From Bacteroidales bacterium (lineage in GTDB: Bacteria; Bacteroidota; Bacteroidia; Bacteroidales; DASQZP01): DNA of 36,174 bases. Shown here one piece after another: positions 17,079 to 27,305 of this stretch. Position numbers and translations under genes: made by a program. The notes below the pieces were generated by a model. The model was not told the origin of the DNA and did no database searches. It worked only from the letters and a program-made list of their open reading frames with translations. Position 1 is the first letter of the stretch; each line of letters starts with the position of its first letter. The stretch is taken from the NCBI GenBank assembly GCA_035638655.1, contig DASQZP010000056.1, forward strand, positions 1-36,174, written 5' to 3'.

Positions 17079-17114
17079 AAAAAAAAATATCCGTCAGAAT
17101 ACTATCTGCGGATA
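17079..17114 (-). terminator. probable terminator after lon
   Basis: Minus strand reads gtatccgcagatagtattctgacggata followed by T8-9. On the plus strand this is the A-run 17079-17087 and the imperfect stem 17088-17114. It lies 28 nt after the lon stop. Confidence 0.6.
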
Positions 17115-17141
17115 CTTTTTCAGGGGTTCATAAATTATAAT

Positions 17142-19598
17142 TTACGAGATTGCTACAGGATTTTTTACTTTCTCCTTAAGCAATGCAATTTCAAGCACTT
17201 CCATGATATTGGAAACATAATGAAATTTAAGACCTTTTATATATATATCTTTTATTTCTTCAATGTCTTTTCTGTTCTCTTCAGACAAAATAATATCAGT
17301 AATATCTGCTCGTTTAGCGGCCAGTATTTTTTCTTTAATACCACCAACCGGCAGTACCTTTCCTCTAAGAGTTATCTCACCAGTCATAGCGAGATTTCTT
17401 CTAATCTTCCTTTGGGTGAAGGCAGAAGCCAGTGAAGTTACCATTGTGATTCCGGCAGAAGGGCCATCTTTTGGAATAGCTCCTTCAGGAACATGTACAT
17501 GTACATTCCATTTATCAAACACTTCAGGGTTAAGTGAGAGTAGTCCTGCATGTGCCTTCAGATATTCATGGGCAATTACTGCAGATTCTTTCATCACATC
17601 TCCCAGGTTTCCTGTAAGTGTAAGTTTCCCGTTTCCTTTACTCAAACTGGTTTCCACAAAAAGAATCTCTCCGCCAACCGCTGTCCAGGCCAGTCCGGTA
17701 ACTACCCCGGCAAATTCATTCCCCTGGTATTTATCCTTTGTAAAACGAACAGGTCCCAGGATTCCTTTTATGTCGTTTTCGGTAAGTGTTTTATTGAATT
17801 TGTCATCAAAGGCAATTTTCTTAGCAATATTTCTTGCCAGTTTGGCGAGTTGTTTATCCAGTTCCCTCACTCCCGATTCACGGGTATAATTTTCAATAAT
17901 AAATTCAATAATTTTATTTCTAATAGAAACCTGTGATTTCTTTATTCCATGTGCTTCAAGTTGCTTGGGAAGCAGGTGTTTCTTTGCAATTTCTGTTTTT
18001 TCCTCTACCACATAACCTGTCACATTAATAATTTCCATCCTGTCACGTAAGGCAGGGTTAATGTTATTAATGGTATTTGCAGTGGCAATAAATAGTATTT
18101 TTGAAAGGTCGTATTCAGCTTCCAGAAAATTATCGTAAAATGCATTATTCTGTTCCGGATCAAGCACTTCCAGCAAAGCGGAAGAAGGATCTCCTCTGAA
18201 ATCGTTTCCTACTTTATCAATTTCATCAAGCACAAAAACCGGGTTAGAAGATTTTATTTTTTTCAAATTTTGAATAATTCTTCCCGGCATTGCTCCGATA
18301 TAGGTTTTTCTGTGTCCTCTTATTTCTGCTTCATCATGCAAACCGCCAAGTGACATTCTGACATATTTACGGTTTAATGCCCTGGCAACAGATTTTCCAA
18401 GTGAAGTTTTTCCTACACCCGGGGGGCCATACAGACAGAGTATCGGTGATTTGAGATCGCCTTTTAATTTTAATACTGCCAGGTGTTCTAAAATACGGTC
18501 CTTCACTTGTTCCAGCCCATAATGATCTTTGTCCAGTATATTTTTTGCTCTGGTAAGGTTGAAATTATCTTTTGTATACACATTCCACGGAAGATCCAGT
18601 AGTACCTGCAGGTAATTCATCTGTACCGAATATTCGCCGGCAGCCGGGTTCAGCCGCTGGAGCTTTTCAAGTTCTTTATTGAAGATGTCATTAACATCTT
18701 TTGGCCATTTCTTTTTTCGTGCTTTGCCCCTGAGTTCTTCAATCTCCTGCTCAATTGGATTCCCGCCCAGTTCATTCTGGATGGTTTTCATTTGCTGATG
18801 AAGAAAGAACTCGCGCTGCTGCTGATCAATATCAGTTTTAACTTTTAACTGGATATCATTTTTGAGCTCAAGCATCTGAACTTCCCGGGTCATGTATTCA
18901 AGTAACAGGACACCCCTTTTTTTCAGATCATCTATCTCAAGTAACTTCTGTTTTTCTTCCAGGCTCACATCACTGTTTGAACTGATGAAATTTATCAGGA
19001 ATGAAGAACTTTCTATGTTTTTTACAGCAAATGATGCTTCCTGAGGAATATTGCTGGAAAGCTTTATGATTTTCAGTGAAAGGTCTTTCAGAGATCCGAC
19101 TATAGCCTCAAATTCTTTGTTTTTTCTTACCGGTTTTACATCTTCAAGTTCTTTTATACTGGCAACAAAATAAGGTTTCTCAGAAATCATTTTCTTAACC
19201 TGCAGCCTCTTTTTGCCCTGTATAATAACCGAAGTGGCTCCGTCTGGCATTTCAAGTATCTTAACAATCTGAGCTACTGTACCAACATGGTAAAGATCCC
19301 CGGAAGAAGGATCATCTATATTTGGGTCTTTCTGTGCAACTGTCCCTATAATCTTGTTCTTCTTGTATACATCTTTTATTAATTTTATAGATTTAGCTCT
19401 TCCAACCGTGATAGGCAATACTACACCCGGGAAAAGCACTGTATTCCTTAACGGAAGAACTGGTAAATTTTCAGGTACCTCAAACTTATCCAGAAACTCT
19501 TCATCTTCATCTGAAATCAGAGGTATATAATCTGCATCATCCTCAATTTCATTTGTGAAATAAACATTCTTAAACTTATCCTCTTGATTCTTACTCAT
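17142..19598 (-). CDS. lon: ATP-dependent endopeptidase La (Lon protease)
   Basis: 818 aa. It has the LON N-domain ([19 protein letters not shown]), Walker [10 protein letters not shown], Walker [10 protein letters not shown] and the proteolytic Ser motif [11 protein letters not shown]. Confidence 0.97.
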   Translation of the reverse strand: MSKNQEDKFKNVYFTNEIEDDADYIPLISDEDEEFLDKFEVPENLPVLPLRNTVLFPGVVLPITVGRAKSIKLIKDVYKKNKIIGTVAQKDPNIDDPSSGDLYHVGTVAQIVKILEMPDGATSVIIQGKKRLQVKKMISEKPYFVASIKELEDVKPVRKNKEFEAIVGSLKDLSLKIIKLSSNIPQEASFAVKNIESSSFLINFISSNSDVSLEEKQKLLEIDDLKKRGVLLLEYMTREVQMLELKNDIQLKVKTDIDQQQREFFLHQQMKTIQNELGGNPIEQEIEELRGKARKKKWPKDVNDIFNKELEKLQRLNPAAGEYSVQMNYLQVLLDLPWNVYTKDNFNLTRAKNILDKDHYGLEQVKDRILEHLAVLKLKGDLKSPILCLYGPPGVGKTSLGKSVARALNRKYVRMSLGGLHDEAEIRGHRKTYIGAMPGRIIQNLKKIKSSNPVFVLDEIDKVGNDFRGDPSSALLEVLDPEQNNAFYDNFLEAEYDLSKILFIATANTINNINPALRDRMEIINVTGYVVEEKTEIAKKHLLPKQLEAHGIKKSQVSIRNKIIEFIIENYTRESGVRELDKQLAKLARNIAKKIAFDDKFNKTLTENDIKGILGPVRFTKDKYQGNEFAGVVTGLAWTAVGGEILFVETSLSKGNGKLTLTGNLGDVMKESAVIAHEYLKAHAGLLSLNPEVFDKWNVHVHVPEGAIPKDGPSAGITMVTSLASAFTQRKIRRNLAMTGEITLRGKVLPVGGIKEKILAAKRADITDIILSEENRKDIEEIKDIYIKGLKFHYVSNIMEVLEIALLKEKVKNPVAIS

Positions 19599-19879
19599 AT
19601 TCTATGTTTCTACCTCTTATTATTATTAGGAAACAGACATATTGTCATATGTCATAAAAAAATTTTTGAATATAAAAACGGGCAATCGCTATGCCAAACA
19701 GGGATGATTAAAAAGATTTCTGAACGGATGTTTTTCATACCATTGAAACGAATGAAAGGAGAGTTGGTTACATATAGATACAGGAAGTTGACAGACAACT
19801 CTATGTTAACCCTTCAGACAACAGCCTTACTTGTTTTCAATAATGATGACAATCTTCCGATAAATTTGTTTATGTATTG

Positions 19880-21067
19880 TCAGGATTTTCGATAGGGCAT
19901 GGTTTTGTCAAATATCGCCATGAGGATTTGTCTGTCGGATTCTGTAAACTCAACATTCCTCCTGGCCATTACAATTTCAGCTACTTCAAATGCTTTTGAC
20001 AACGCATAGGTTGAAAACCCAGATGCCCCGCCCCAGGAAAATGAGGGAATAAAGTTTCGGGGAAATCCGGCACCAAAAATATTGGCAAAGACCCCTACAA
20101 TAGTTCCGGTATTAAACATCGTGTTGATACCACACTTTGAATGATCTCCCATGATCAGGCCGCAAAACTGAAGGCCTGTATCTGCATAATTCCCTGATTG
20201 GTAATTCCATAACCTTACACTGGCATAATTATTTTTCAGGTTTGATGTGTTGGTATCCGCTCCAAGGTTACACCATTCTCCCAACACTGAATTGCCAAGG
20301 AATCCGTCATGAGCCTTATTCGAGAATCCGAAAAGTACTGAGTTATGTACCTCACCTCCAACTTTAGAATGGGGGCCTATGGTTGTGGGACCATATACTT
20401 TTGCTCCCATTTTTGTTGCAGCATGCTCACAAAGCGCAAAAGCTCCACGGATATTACTTCCCTCCATTACTTCACTTTCCTTACCCAGGTAAATTGGCCC
20501 GGTGGAAGCATTCAGTGTTGCATATTCTGCTTTTGCACCTTCTTCGGCAAAAATATTTTCGGGTGCAATTATGTTGTTTGTGGAACTTAAAGTTGCAGAT
20601 TCTCTTCCTTTTGTCAGTAATTTAAAATCTTCTTCAAGAGCAATCCCATTCAACGAAAAAATGTCCCATGGATTTGTGATTCGTAAAATCGTGCCGCCAA
20701 ATTCTTGCTTTGGCTGAGATATCATGGTTTCCGGCCGGAATGACTGCACCTGGTCATTGTTCAGTCTGGCGGCCAGCAGCAGGTCATGTTGCTTAAGTAT
20801 TTCGCCGGATCTGAGTGAAAGTATGTTTTCTGTTAATGTAGCTGAAGGCAAAACAGAACCATTAATAAGAATATTATCTTCTGTAATTTCTGTCTTAAAT
20901 TTTGAAGAGAGGATTTCATTTGTGAAAAATGAACAAGAAGCATTTAGATATTTCTCCCATTTCTCTTTTATGGTTAATATTCCGCATCTAATTTCACAAA
21001 CCGGCCGGGTATAGGTCAGCGGAAGAAGGGTTTGTTTTGCTGAATCATCAAAAAGAATAATATTCAT
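19880..21067 (-). CDS. GlmU-like sugar-nucleotidyltransferase/acyltransferase family protein
   Basis: 395 aa. The N-terminal MNIILFDD..LLPLTYTRPV region is nucleotidyltransferase-like. The C-terminal half carries hexapeptide (left-handed beta-helix) repeats, e.g. VLGEWCNLGADTNTSN and IMGDHSKCGINTMFNTGTIVG. Confidence 0.75.
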   Translation of the reverse strand: MNIILFDDSAKQTLLPLTYTRPVCEIRCGILTIKEKWEKYLNASCSFFTNEILSSKFKTEITEDNILINGSVLPSATLTENILSLRSGEILKQHDLLLAARLNNDQVQSFRPETMISQPKQEFGGTILRITNPWDIFSLNGIALEEDFKLLTKGRESATLSSTNNIIAPENIFAEEGAKAEYATLNASTGPIYLGKESEVMEGSNIRGAFALCEHAATKMGAKVYGPTTIGPHSKVGGEVHNSVLFGFSNKAHDGFLGNSVLGEWCNLGADTNTSNLKNNYASVRLWNYQSGNYADTGLQFCGLIMGDHSKCGINTMFNTGTIVGVFANIFGAGFPRNFIPSFSWGGASGFSTYALSKAFEVAEIVMARRNVEFTESDRQILMAIFDKTMPYRKS

Positions 21068-21091
21068 GGTATTTTTTTAACAAATTTACAC

Positions 21092-21124
21092 AAAAAAGCT
21101 CCGGTTTAATTATTCAACCGGAGC
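21092..21124 (-). terminator. rho-independent terminator after rpmE
   Basis: Stem gctccggtt (21098-21106) / aaccggagc (21116-21124) has an A6 run on the plus side (21092-21097), which is a U-tract on the minus strand. Confidence 0.75.
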
Positions 21125-21150
21125 CTTATGTATGCTGCTCAAAAAAATGA

Positions 21151-21417
21151 TTATTTTTTCTTTTTTTCCAGATGACTTTTATATCTGTTCATGAATTTAT
21201 CAACACGTCCTGCTGTATCTACCAGTTTCATCTTACCTGTATAAAAAGGATGTGATGAGTTGGAGATTTCAAGTTTTACCAGCGGATATTCTTTCCCATC
21301 TTCCATTTTGATGGTCTCCTTAGAGGGAGCAGTAGACCTGGTAACAAAAACAACATCATTGGACATGTCCTTGAATGCTACCATTCTGTAATTTTTAGGA
21401 TGAATTTCTTTTTTCAT
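21151..21417 (-). CDS. rpmE: 50S ribosomal protein L31, type B (Cys-less)
   Basis: 88 aa, [10 protein letters not shown]...SSHPFYTGK...[14 protein letters not shown]. It has no CxxC zinc ribbon, hence the type B form. Confidence 0.93.
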   Translation of the reverse strand: MKKEIHPKNYRMVAFKDMSNDVVFVTRSTAPSKETIKMEDGKEYPLVKLEISNSSHPFYTGKMKLVDTAGRVDKFMNRYKSHLEKKKK

Positions 21418-21516
21418 TTTATTGGTCCTTTATTTTCAAGTTCTTTTCGGTGCAGATATAAATATTGCTTTTTCGATTTCTGCTGATTTTAAATGTTTCC
21501 GTATTTAACGGATTGC

Positions 21517-21524
21517 AAAATTAT
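21517..21524 (-). promoter_or_regulatory. candidate -7 box (TAATTTTG) upstream of rpmE
   Basis: Plus-strand caaaatta reads TAATTTTG on the minus strand and matches TAnnTTTG, about 100 nt upstream of the rpmE ATG. A chance match is quite possible in AT-rich DNA. Confidence 0.3.
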
Positions 21525-21680
21525 ATAATGTTCTGATAAATACCAAAAAAATGCAAAAAATTAACAACTTAATTGTTGCACTAATATTACATCTTTTGGT
21601 AACCGGGAAACAAGAGAGTCTTGATGCCAGTATGCTGTTATGAAACTGCGCTTTAATGTTTAAGGCGAAAGTATTACTTG

Positions 21681-22886
21681 TTAATCGGTTTGCTTACTTA
21701 TAACTTTTTTGCGGCTATCCTCAAAAACTTCTGGCATAAAACGTTCATACGGAGCTGAAGGATCAAACATAAAGCGGTATGTATAATGGGTCTTTGCCAG
21801 GGTTCCCCCAACAGCTTCATACAATCTGCGCATCTTTGGATTAAAATCACCTACCCATGAGAGTTCAACTTCTTTGTAATGTTTTTTGTGTTTCATGACT
21901 TCATTAAGGTTCCAGAAAATAGCAGATTCAATTCCTGCATTCTGGAATTTAGGGACTACACCTGCAACCAGTGCCCTGATACGGGTAATTTTTTTACGTT
22001 TTTTCATGATCAGAAACCTGATAATATTCAAGGGGGTAAGCTTCCCGTTGAGATGCTTAAATATCTGGTTTACATCAGGAAACATAATAAAGAAGGCAAT
22101 GGGTTGTTCGTTATGGTAGGCAAACCAGATAAGTTCTTCATCAATTATTGGCTTGGCTTTTTTTAGTGATTCTTTTACATCAACAGGATCCAGAGGTGTA
22201 AAATGTTCCTTAAATCCTGACCAGGCATCATTATAAATGGAGACCATATCCTGTACGTATTTTTCCGTTTCCCTGAACCGGAAATGACGGAAACTAAAAT
22301 CCGGTTTATGAGAAACCCATTCGGCAATTTTCCAGAAGCGTTCCGGAAATTTCTTCCTCAAATCCAGGTGATAACTATACTGCCTGAAATAGAGCCTGAA
22401 ACCATATTCTTCAAACAGGGTCTGATAATAGGGTAAATTGTAGGGCATCCCATAACCAGGATGTGTATATCCGCTTACCAGCAGTCCCCAGTTACTGTCA
22501 TTTTCTCCGAAGTTTACCGGACCATCCATTGCCTCCATCCCTTCAGCCTGTAACCATGTTCTTGCTGTATCAAAAAGAAGAAAGGCGGCAGTTTTATCAT
22601 TGATACATTCAAAATATCCAATACCACCGGTTGGTTGATTTTCCTGCAGTGCTTTTTCTCTGTTGTAAAAAGCCGCAATACGTCCAACCAGTTTATTTTC
22701 CTTGTTTATTAATATCCATCTGCAGGCATTCCCGTTTTGGAGGTGAATATTACTTTCGGGATCGAATTTTGATTCAATTTCAGAATCTAACGGACAAACC
22801 CAAACCTTGTCATGCCGATAAAGTTCCCGGGCTACCTGAAAAAATTCTTTTCTGGTTTTTTTGTTGGTTACTTTTATTATTTGCAT
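21681..22886 (-). CDS. large GNAT-like N-acyltransferase family protein (function unknown)
   Basis: 401 aa. The size and N-terminus (MQIIKVTNKKTRKEFFQVARELYRHDKVWVCPL) resemble the roughly 400-aa GNAT-fold proteins common in Bacteroidota. The assignment is from memory of that family, not from a clear motif. Confidence 0.55.
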   Translation of the reverse strand: MQIIKVTNKKTRKEFFQVARELYRHDKVWVCPLDSEIESKFDPESNIHLQNGNACRWILINKENKLVGRIAAFYNREKALQENQPTGGIGYFECINDKTAAFLLFDTARTWLQAEGMEAMDGPVNFGENDSNWGLLVSGYTHPGYGMPYNLPYYQTLFEEYGFRLYFRQYSYHLDLRKKFPERFWKIAEWVSHKPDFSFRHFRFRETEKYVQDMVSIYNDAWSGFKEHFTPLDPVDVKESLKKAKPIIDEELIWFAYHNEQPIAFFIMFPDVNQIFKHLNGKLTPLNIIRFLIMKKRKKITRIRALVAGVVPKFQNAGIESAIFWNLNEVMKHKKHYKEVELSWVGDFNPKMRRLYEAVGGTLAKTHYTYRFMFDPSAPYERFMPEVFEDSRKKVISKQTD

Positions 22887-22921
22887 TGTAAAAAGGTTTG
22901 GTTAACAATTAAAAATTAATG

Positions 22922-24391
22922 CTACAAGATAAACCATTTTTTGATTTCTTCAATATGGTTATCGGGTTTGCTTTTGTGTATGAATTCATTTTTTTTATTA
23001 AGATATCGATAATCGTTTTTCCAGTGATTTGCATGCTTAACTGTTTCTCTGATGGCATCAGCCATAAAATATATTTCATCATTAGTCATAGTGGGATGGA
23101 GAGAAAGCCTTACCCAGCCTGGCTTTTTGGACAAATCGCCGGAGTTTATCAGGTTGGTAATTTCTGTTGACTTTTCATGGCTTACCTGTAGCAGGTAATG
23201 GCCATAAGTTCCGGCGCATGCACAACCTCCTCTTACCTGAATGCCAAAGCGGTCATTCAGCAACTTAACCATCAGGTTGAAGTGGATATTCTCATCAAAG
23301 AAAGAAAACACACCCAGTCTTTCTTCAACGCTGTCTGCCAGTATTTTAACGGAAGGAATTTTGCGGATTTCCCGGAAGGCTATTTCCACAAGTTCGTCTT
23401 CTCTTTCTTTCATCATTGCAGGATCCATTTGGTCCTTGAGTTCTATGGCAAGTGCAGTTTTGATTGCCTGTAGAAATCCGGGTGTTCCTCCGTCCTCCCT
23501 GACTTCAATATCATCAACATACTTATATTTTCCCCACCGGTTAGTCCAGTCAACTGTTCCTCCCCCCGGATTATCGGGTACCTCATTATGGTATAAACTA
23601 GAATCAAAAATTAAAACCCCTGATGATCCGGGGCCTCCCAAAAATTTATGTGGTGAAAAATAAATGGCATCCAGTTTCTCCATGTGGTCATCAGGATGCA
23701 TGTTAATGTTGTCATAGGGTGCAGAGGCAGCAAAATCGATGAAGCTCAGGCCTCCGTATTCGTGCATTATGCGGGATAATGTATGATAAGGTGTTCGGAT
23801 ACCGGTAACATTGCTGCAGGCGGTAAAAGCCCCTATCTTGAAATTGCGATCCTTGTACTTCTCCAGTTGTCTTCGTAGTTCTTCGGGATCAACAAGAAGA
23901 TCAGCTGATGGCTCAAGCTGTACTATGTCTGCAGAAGTCTCAAACCAGGATGTATGATTGGAATGATGTTCCATGTGGGTTATAAATACTACCGGTCGAT
24001 CAGATTCTTTGGTACAGTTTCGCACATGCCGCATACCACATCCCTTCAAACTGAGTATTCTTTGGAGCTTGTTGACTACCGTCGTCATACCACTTCCGGC
24101 GGTTATAATAACATCATTGGGTCCGGCATTAACATGCTGTTTGATTAGCTTATGTGCCAGGTGATAACTCAATGTCATCCTGGTGCCTGTTTCACTGGTC
24201 TCTGTATGTGTATTTCCAATAAATGGGCCGAATGTATGCAATAATTTTTCCTCTATAGGCCTGTATAGCCGCCCACTAGCAAGCCAGTCAGCATAAAGGA
24301 CCTTTTTGGTGCCGTATGGCGATTCGAAAGTAACATCACTTCCTACGATATTTTTTCTGAACCGAGCAAAGTATTCTTCTGACGCTTTCAT
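22922..24391 (-). CDS. class-V aminotransferase-fold PLP enzyme (cysteine desulfurase / selenocysteine lyase-like)
   Basis: 489 aa. It has the GNTHTE region, ITAGSGMT and the PLP-lysine motif FSPHKFLGGPGSSGVL. These are typical of COG0520-type enzymes. Confidence 0.8.
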   Translation of the reverse strand: MKASEEYFARFRKNIVGSDVTFESPYGTKKVLYADWLASGRLYRPIEEKLLHTFGPFIGNTHTETSETGTRMTLSYHLAHKLIKQHVNAGPNDVIITAGSGMTTVVNKLQRILSLKGCGMRHVRNCTKESDRPVVFITHMEHHSNHTSWFETSADIVQLEPSADLLVDPEELRRQLEKYKDRNFKIGAFTACSNVTGIRTPYHTLSRIMHEYGGLSFIDFAASAPYDNINMHPDDHMEKLDAIYFSPHKFLGGPGSSGVLIFDSSLYHNEVPDNPGGGTVDWTNRWGKYKYVDDIEVREDGGTPGFLQAIKTALAIELKDQMDPAMMKEREDELVEIAFREIRKIPSVKILADSVEERLGVFSFFDENIHFNLMVKLLNDRFGIQVRGGCACAGTYGHYLLQVSHEKSTEITNLINSGDLSKKPGWVRLSLHPTMTNDEIYFMADAIRETVKHANHWKNDYRYLNKKNEFIHKSKPDNHIEEIKKWFIL

Positions 24392-24411
24392 TTTTTACAG
24401 AGTTAGAACAA

Positions 24412-25176
24412 TTACCTGCGACTGGCAATTTTGGACAGTAAACGCAATATTTCGATGTATAACCAGATAAGAGTAACCATCAGGCCAAATGCTGCATACC
24501 ATTCCATATATTTTGGAGCACCGGCAGCAGCGCCCTGTTCAATAAAATCAAAATCCAACACCAGATTCAGCGCTGCAATTATAACTACTATAATACTGAA
24601 ACCAATACTTATAGCACTGTTGTTATACATGAATCCTACATGAACTCCGAATAACTGCAGTATAAAACTGATAAGGTATACAAGAAAGATCCCACCTGTG
24701 GCTGCTATTATACCAATTTTAAATTTTTGGGTTACTTTGATAAGCCCGGATTTATATAAAAATAATAAAGTAAACAGGGTGCCAAATGTTAGAGCAACAG
24801 CCTGTACAACTACGCCCGGAAATTGTGCTTCAAGCATGGCAGACAAGCCTCCAAGCAGCAAACCTTCAAGTACAGCGTATACAGGTCCTGAATATGGAGC
24901 AAAACTCTTCTTGAAAATTGTTACTAATGCTGCGATAAAGCCACCAATCCCACCAACTGCCAGCCATATTGTAACTTGTTGAGATCCCGTCTGTAAATCA
25001 ACTGCTCCAAATACAATCTTCCATGTGTAAATGGCTCCTGCCAGTACCAGTAACAACATTAGAAATATTTTATTTACTGTACCCTGTACTGTCATTACCT
25101 CTTCACCTGCTAAACTAGGTGCATTGGCAAAAGTTTTTTTGTTAAGTGCCGGATTGGCTGATCTTCCGATATTCAT
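24412..25176 (-). CDS. Bax-inhibitor-1/YccA-like membrane protein (COG4760 type)
   Basis: 254 aa. The N-terminus RSANPAL...MTVQGTVNKIFLMLLLV is followed by about 6-7 TM helices and a C-terminal basic tail. Confidence 0.7.
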   Translation of the reverse strand: MNIGRSANPALNKKTFANAPSLAGEEVMTVQGTVNKIFLMLLLVLAGAIYTWKIVFGAVDLQTGSQQVTIWLAVGGIGGFIAALVTIFKKSFAPYSGPVYAVLEGLLLGGLSAMLEAQFPGVVVQAVALTFGTLFTLLFLYKSGLIKVTQKFKIGIIAATGGIFLVYLISFILQLFGVHVGFMYNNSAISIGFSIIVVIIAALNLVLDFDFIEQGAAAGAPKYMEWYAAFGLMVTLIWLYIEILRLLSKIASRR

Positions 25177-25463
25177 TTTCTTAGAATTTATGAATTTTAA
25201 ATTGATTTCAAAGAATTGTATCAGGTATTGATTACCAATACCAGTGTAATTTCTATTTACTTATATCTTTCTGAAAAATTATTCCAAAGTTATTTTAAAT
25301 TTTTTATTTACACAGGGCTTTGCTTTGTTTTTGAGCATATGTAAAATATACGGCATTTAGTAGCTTAAAATAAATAATTTAATGTCAATGTATTGTAATT
25401 TTTACTGATAGTTATCCAGTGAAAGAAAATGCAGGAATGTTTTCAATAGCAGAAGTGATGAAA

Positions 25464-26876
25464 TTAATATAACTTGATAATCCTGTGGTCAATGAGAACA
25501 AATAACAAAATCAGAAGTGATGAATAGGTGAGATGCAAGACAACAGGGATGTATTCATTGGGCTTTATACCTAATTTGTAATAGTTATAGGCAATCAGGA
25601 CCATCTTCTCTACTACATATATAACGGCAGTGGCTACAGCTACCCCTACAAATCCATAGAATTGTATCATATAGAGACTTAGGGAGACATTTAGTATTAT
25701 CTCTATAGCTGATGCCAGCATTACAATACGGGTATGTTTCAAACCGATGAGAATGGTTTGAGGAAATATCAGTCTGCTTATTATCAGCAGAATATAAACC
25801 ATAAAAACGTCTGCACTTCTTCTGAAGTGAGGATTGAAAGCTGCAATAAACAGCGGGTTACTGATCAACATTATCAGGATTGATATCGGGAAAAGGGTAT
25901 GAATCAATCGTTTCGACCTGGTCCTGATGGTGTGTAAGGCCATGCGCGTCTTTTCGGTAGTTGAGAATTCGGGTATCATGGCGTTGCTTAGGCCATTGGC
26001 CATCATAACTACCAGGGGTAGTTCTTTGGCACCATAGCGGAATATGGCAAAATCTCCTGCCCCGAATTTATTGGCAACAATCAAACCGTCTATATATTGT
26101 GCTGAACCACTTAATAACGTACTTACGATCAAAGGATAACCTAAGCTCAGGTGTGCTTTTATAAAAGGAATAGATATCTTAAATTCCGCATATTTTTTTA
26201 ACAATATTCCCAGCATGATCAATCGCAATACCGAAATGATGATCAGGCCCCAAAATGCCATATTTATGTCATATCCGGCTATTACAGGTCCTGCAACAAT
26301 TACCAGTTGAAGGGAATAGGAGATTATTCCGTACCAGAGCAAATGCATTGATCGGTGTTTTACTACATAGATATACTCAATCATATGAGTGGGATTACTG
26401 ATCAAAATATAAATCAGCAATAAATTCGCATAGGGGATATTGCTTATGTCGTTGAAGACATGTACGTTGCTTTTAAGAAAAAACAACATTAGAAAAAACA
26501 AGGCGCTGAAAGCACTGAGTACCAGAAAAGCGTTGAATATTTCCGGAGACTTATGGTCGCTGTTGTTTTTTTCTCCGGGGAAAGCATGGTTATTATTATA
26601 GAGTGAAAGGAAGGACTGAATGATGCCTGTTACCCAGAAAAAACTGACGATACTGGCAATAAATAACATGATCTCAAAGTCACCTATTCGTTGTATTGTT
26701 AGATGACTTTTTGTAAATATCATGCTGATAATAAGGAATGTAGTGAATCTAAGCAAATGAAGAATCTGCAGACTTGAAATGTTATTAATGTACTTCCTTA
26801 TTGCCAATGTATTGTTATTTAATATATTAAGGGATTGTCTTTTAGATTGTGCAAAGATAGACAAAACAATTTTCAT
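25464..26876 (-). CDS. polysaccharide/oligosaccharide flippase family protein (Wzx/MOP-like)
   Basis: 470 aa with about 12-14 hydrophobic helices and short basic loops. The overall pattern is that of MOP-superfamily flippases. No glycosyltransferase genes are adjacent. Confidence 0.65.
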   Translation of the reverse strand: MKIVLSIFAQSKRQSLNILNNNTLAIRKYINNISSLQILHLLRFTTFLIISMIFTKSHLTIQRIGDFEIMLFIASIVSFFWVTGIIQSFLSLYNNNHAFPGEKNNSDHKSPEIFNAFLVLSAFSALFFLMLFFLKSNVHVFNDISNIPYANLLLIYILISNPTHMIEYIYVVKHRSMHLLWYGIISYSLQLVIVAGPVIAGYDINMAFWGLIIISVLRLIMLGILLKKYAEFKISIPFIKAHLSLGYPLIVSTLLSGSAQYIDGLIVANKFGAGDFAIFRYGAKELPLVVMMANGLSNAMIPEFSTTEKTRMALHTIRTRSKRLIHTLFPISILIMLISNPLFIAAFNPHFRRSADVFMVYILLIISRLIFPQTILIGLKHTRIVMLASAIEIILNVSLSLYMIQFYGFVGVAVATAVIYVVEKMVLIAYNYYKLGIKPNEYIPVVLHLTYSSLLILLFVLIDHRIIKLY

Positions 26877-26926
26877 CTTTATCTATGAAACAAAAAAATA
26901 AATTTTTATCTTTGCTGCCCGAAAAT

Positions 26927-27001
26927 GGTGGTCGTAGCTCAGTAGGTTAGAGCGTCAGATTGTGGCTCTGAAGGTCGCCGGTTCGACTCCGGTCTTCCAC
27001 C
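26927..27001 (+). tRNA. tRNA-His (anticodon GTG) with G-1
   Basis: Hand-folded cloverleaf: D arm gctc/gagc, anticodon stem tcaga/tctga with loop ttGTGgc, T arm gccgg-ttcgact-ccggt. An extra 5' G (26927) sits opposite discriminator C (27001), as expected for His. CCA is not encoded. Confidence 0.85.
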
Positions 27002-27011
27002 CCCTTTAACG

Positions 27012-27046
27012 AAAAAGCTGTTCAGAATAACTGAACGGCTTTTTTT
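27012..27046 (+). terminator. rho-independent terminator after tRNA-His
   Basis: Stem agctgttcag / ctgaacggct (27016-27040, one G.U pair) is followed by T7. Confidence 0.8.
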
Positions 27047-27305
27047 GTGTATTTTTTACTGCCTGTAATATTGTATTATGGAGATATAAAAAAAATTTAT
27101 ATCTTAACTGCCCTGTTTTTGATTATCATTCAAAGAAGAAACTATAAAAGGCCGTCACTTTCAGGAGAGGAGAAGTGCATAAATTTAATCTGTGTGTCTT
27201 TTATTTTATGATTTCATCAGGTAGGAGCAGACTTAAGATTTCAATTTGGTTATTATCTTTAAATAAATTTTCACCAGGAATATGAATAAATAAAACTACA
27301 CGAAA

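Noticed and set aside
17263-17889. Long antisense ORFs inside well-supported genes. Examples: 17263..17889 and 17550..17936 in lon, 12026..12496 and 11428..11847 in cydA, 23241..23663 in the PLP enzyme gene, 1375..1791 in the AKR gene, 33691..34071 in the AI-2E gene, 34525..34911 in the saccharopine dehydrogenase gene, 20345..21014 in the GlmU-like gene
   Set aside because: These are shadow frames opposite genes with unmistakable family motifs. Their translations are low-complexity (Ser/Pro/Phe-rich), motif-free and lack plausible starts. There is no evidence for overlapping genes.
19584-19895. 103-aa plus-strand ORF spanning the lon / GlmU-like spacer
   Set aside because: It begins inside the lon coding region on the opposite strand, runs through the lon promoter region and ends inside the next gene. 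It has no motif or signal. The AT-rich spacer simply lacks stops in that frame.
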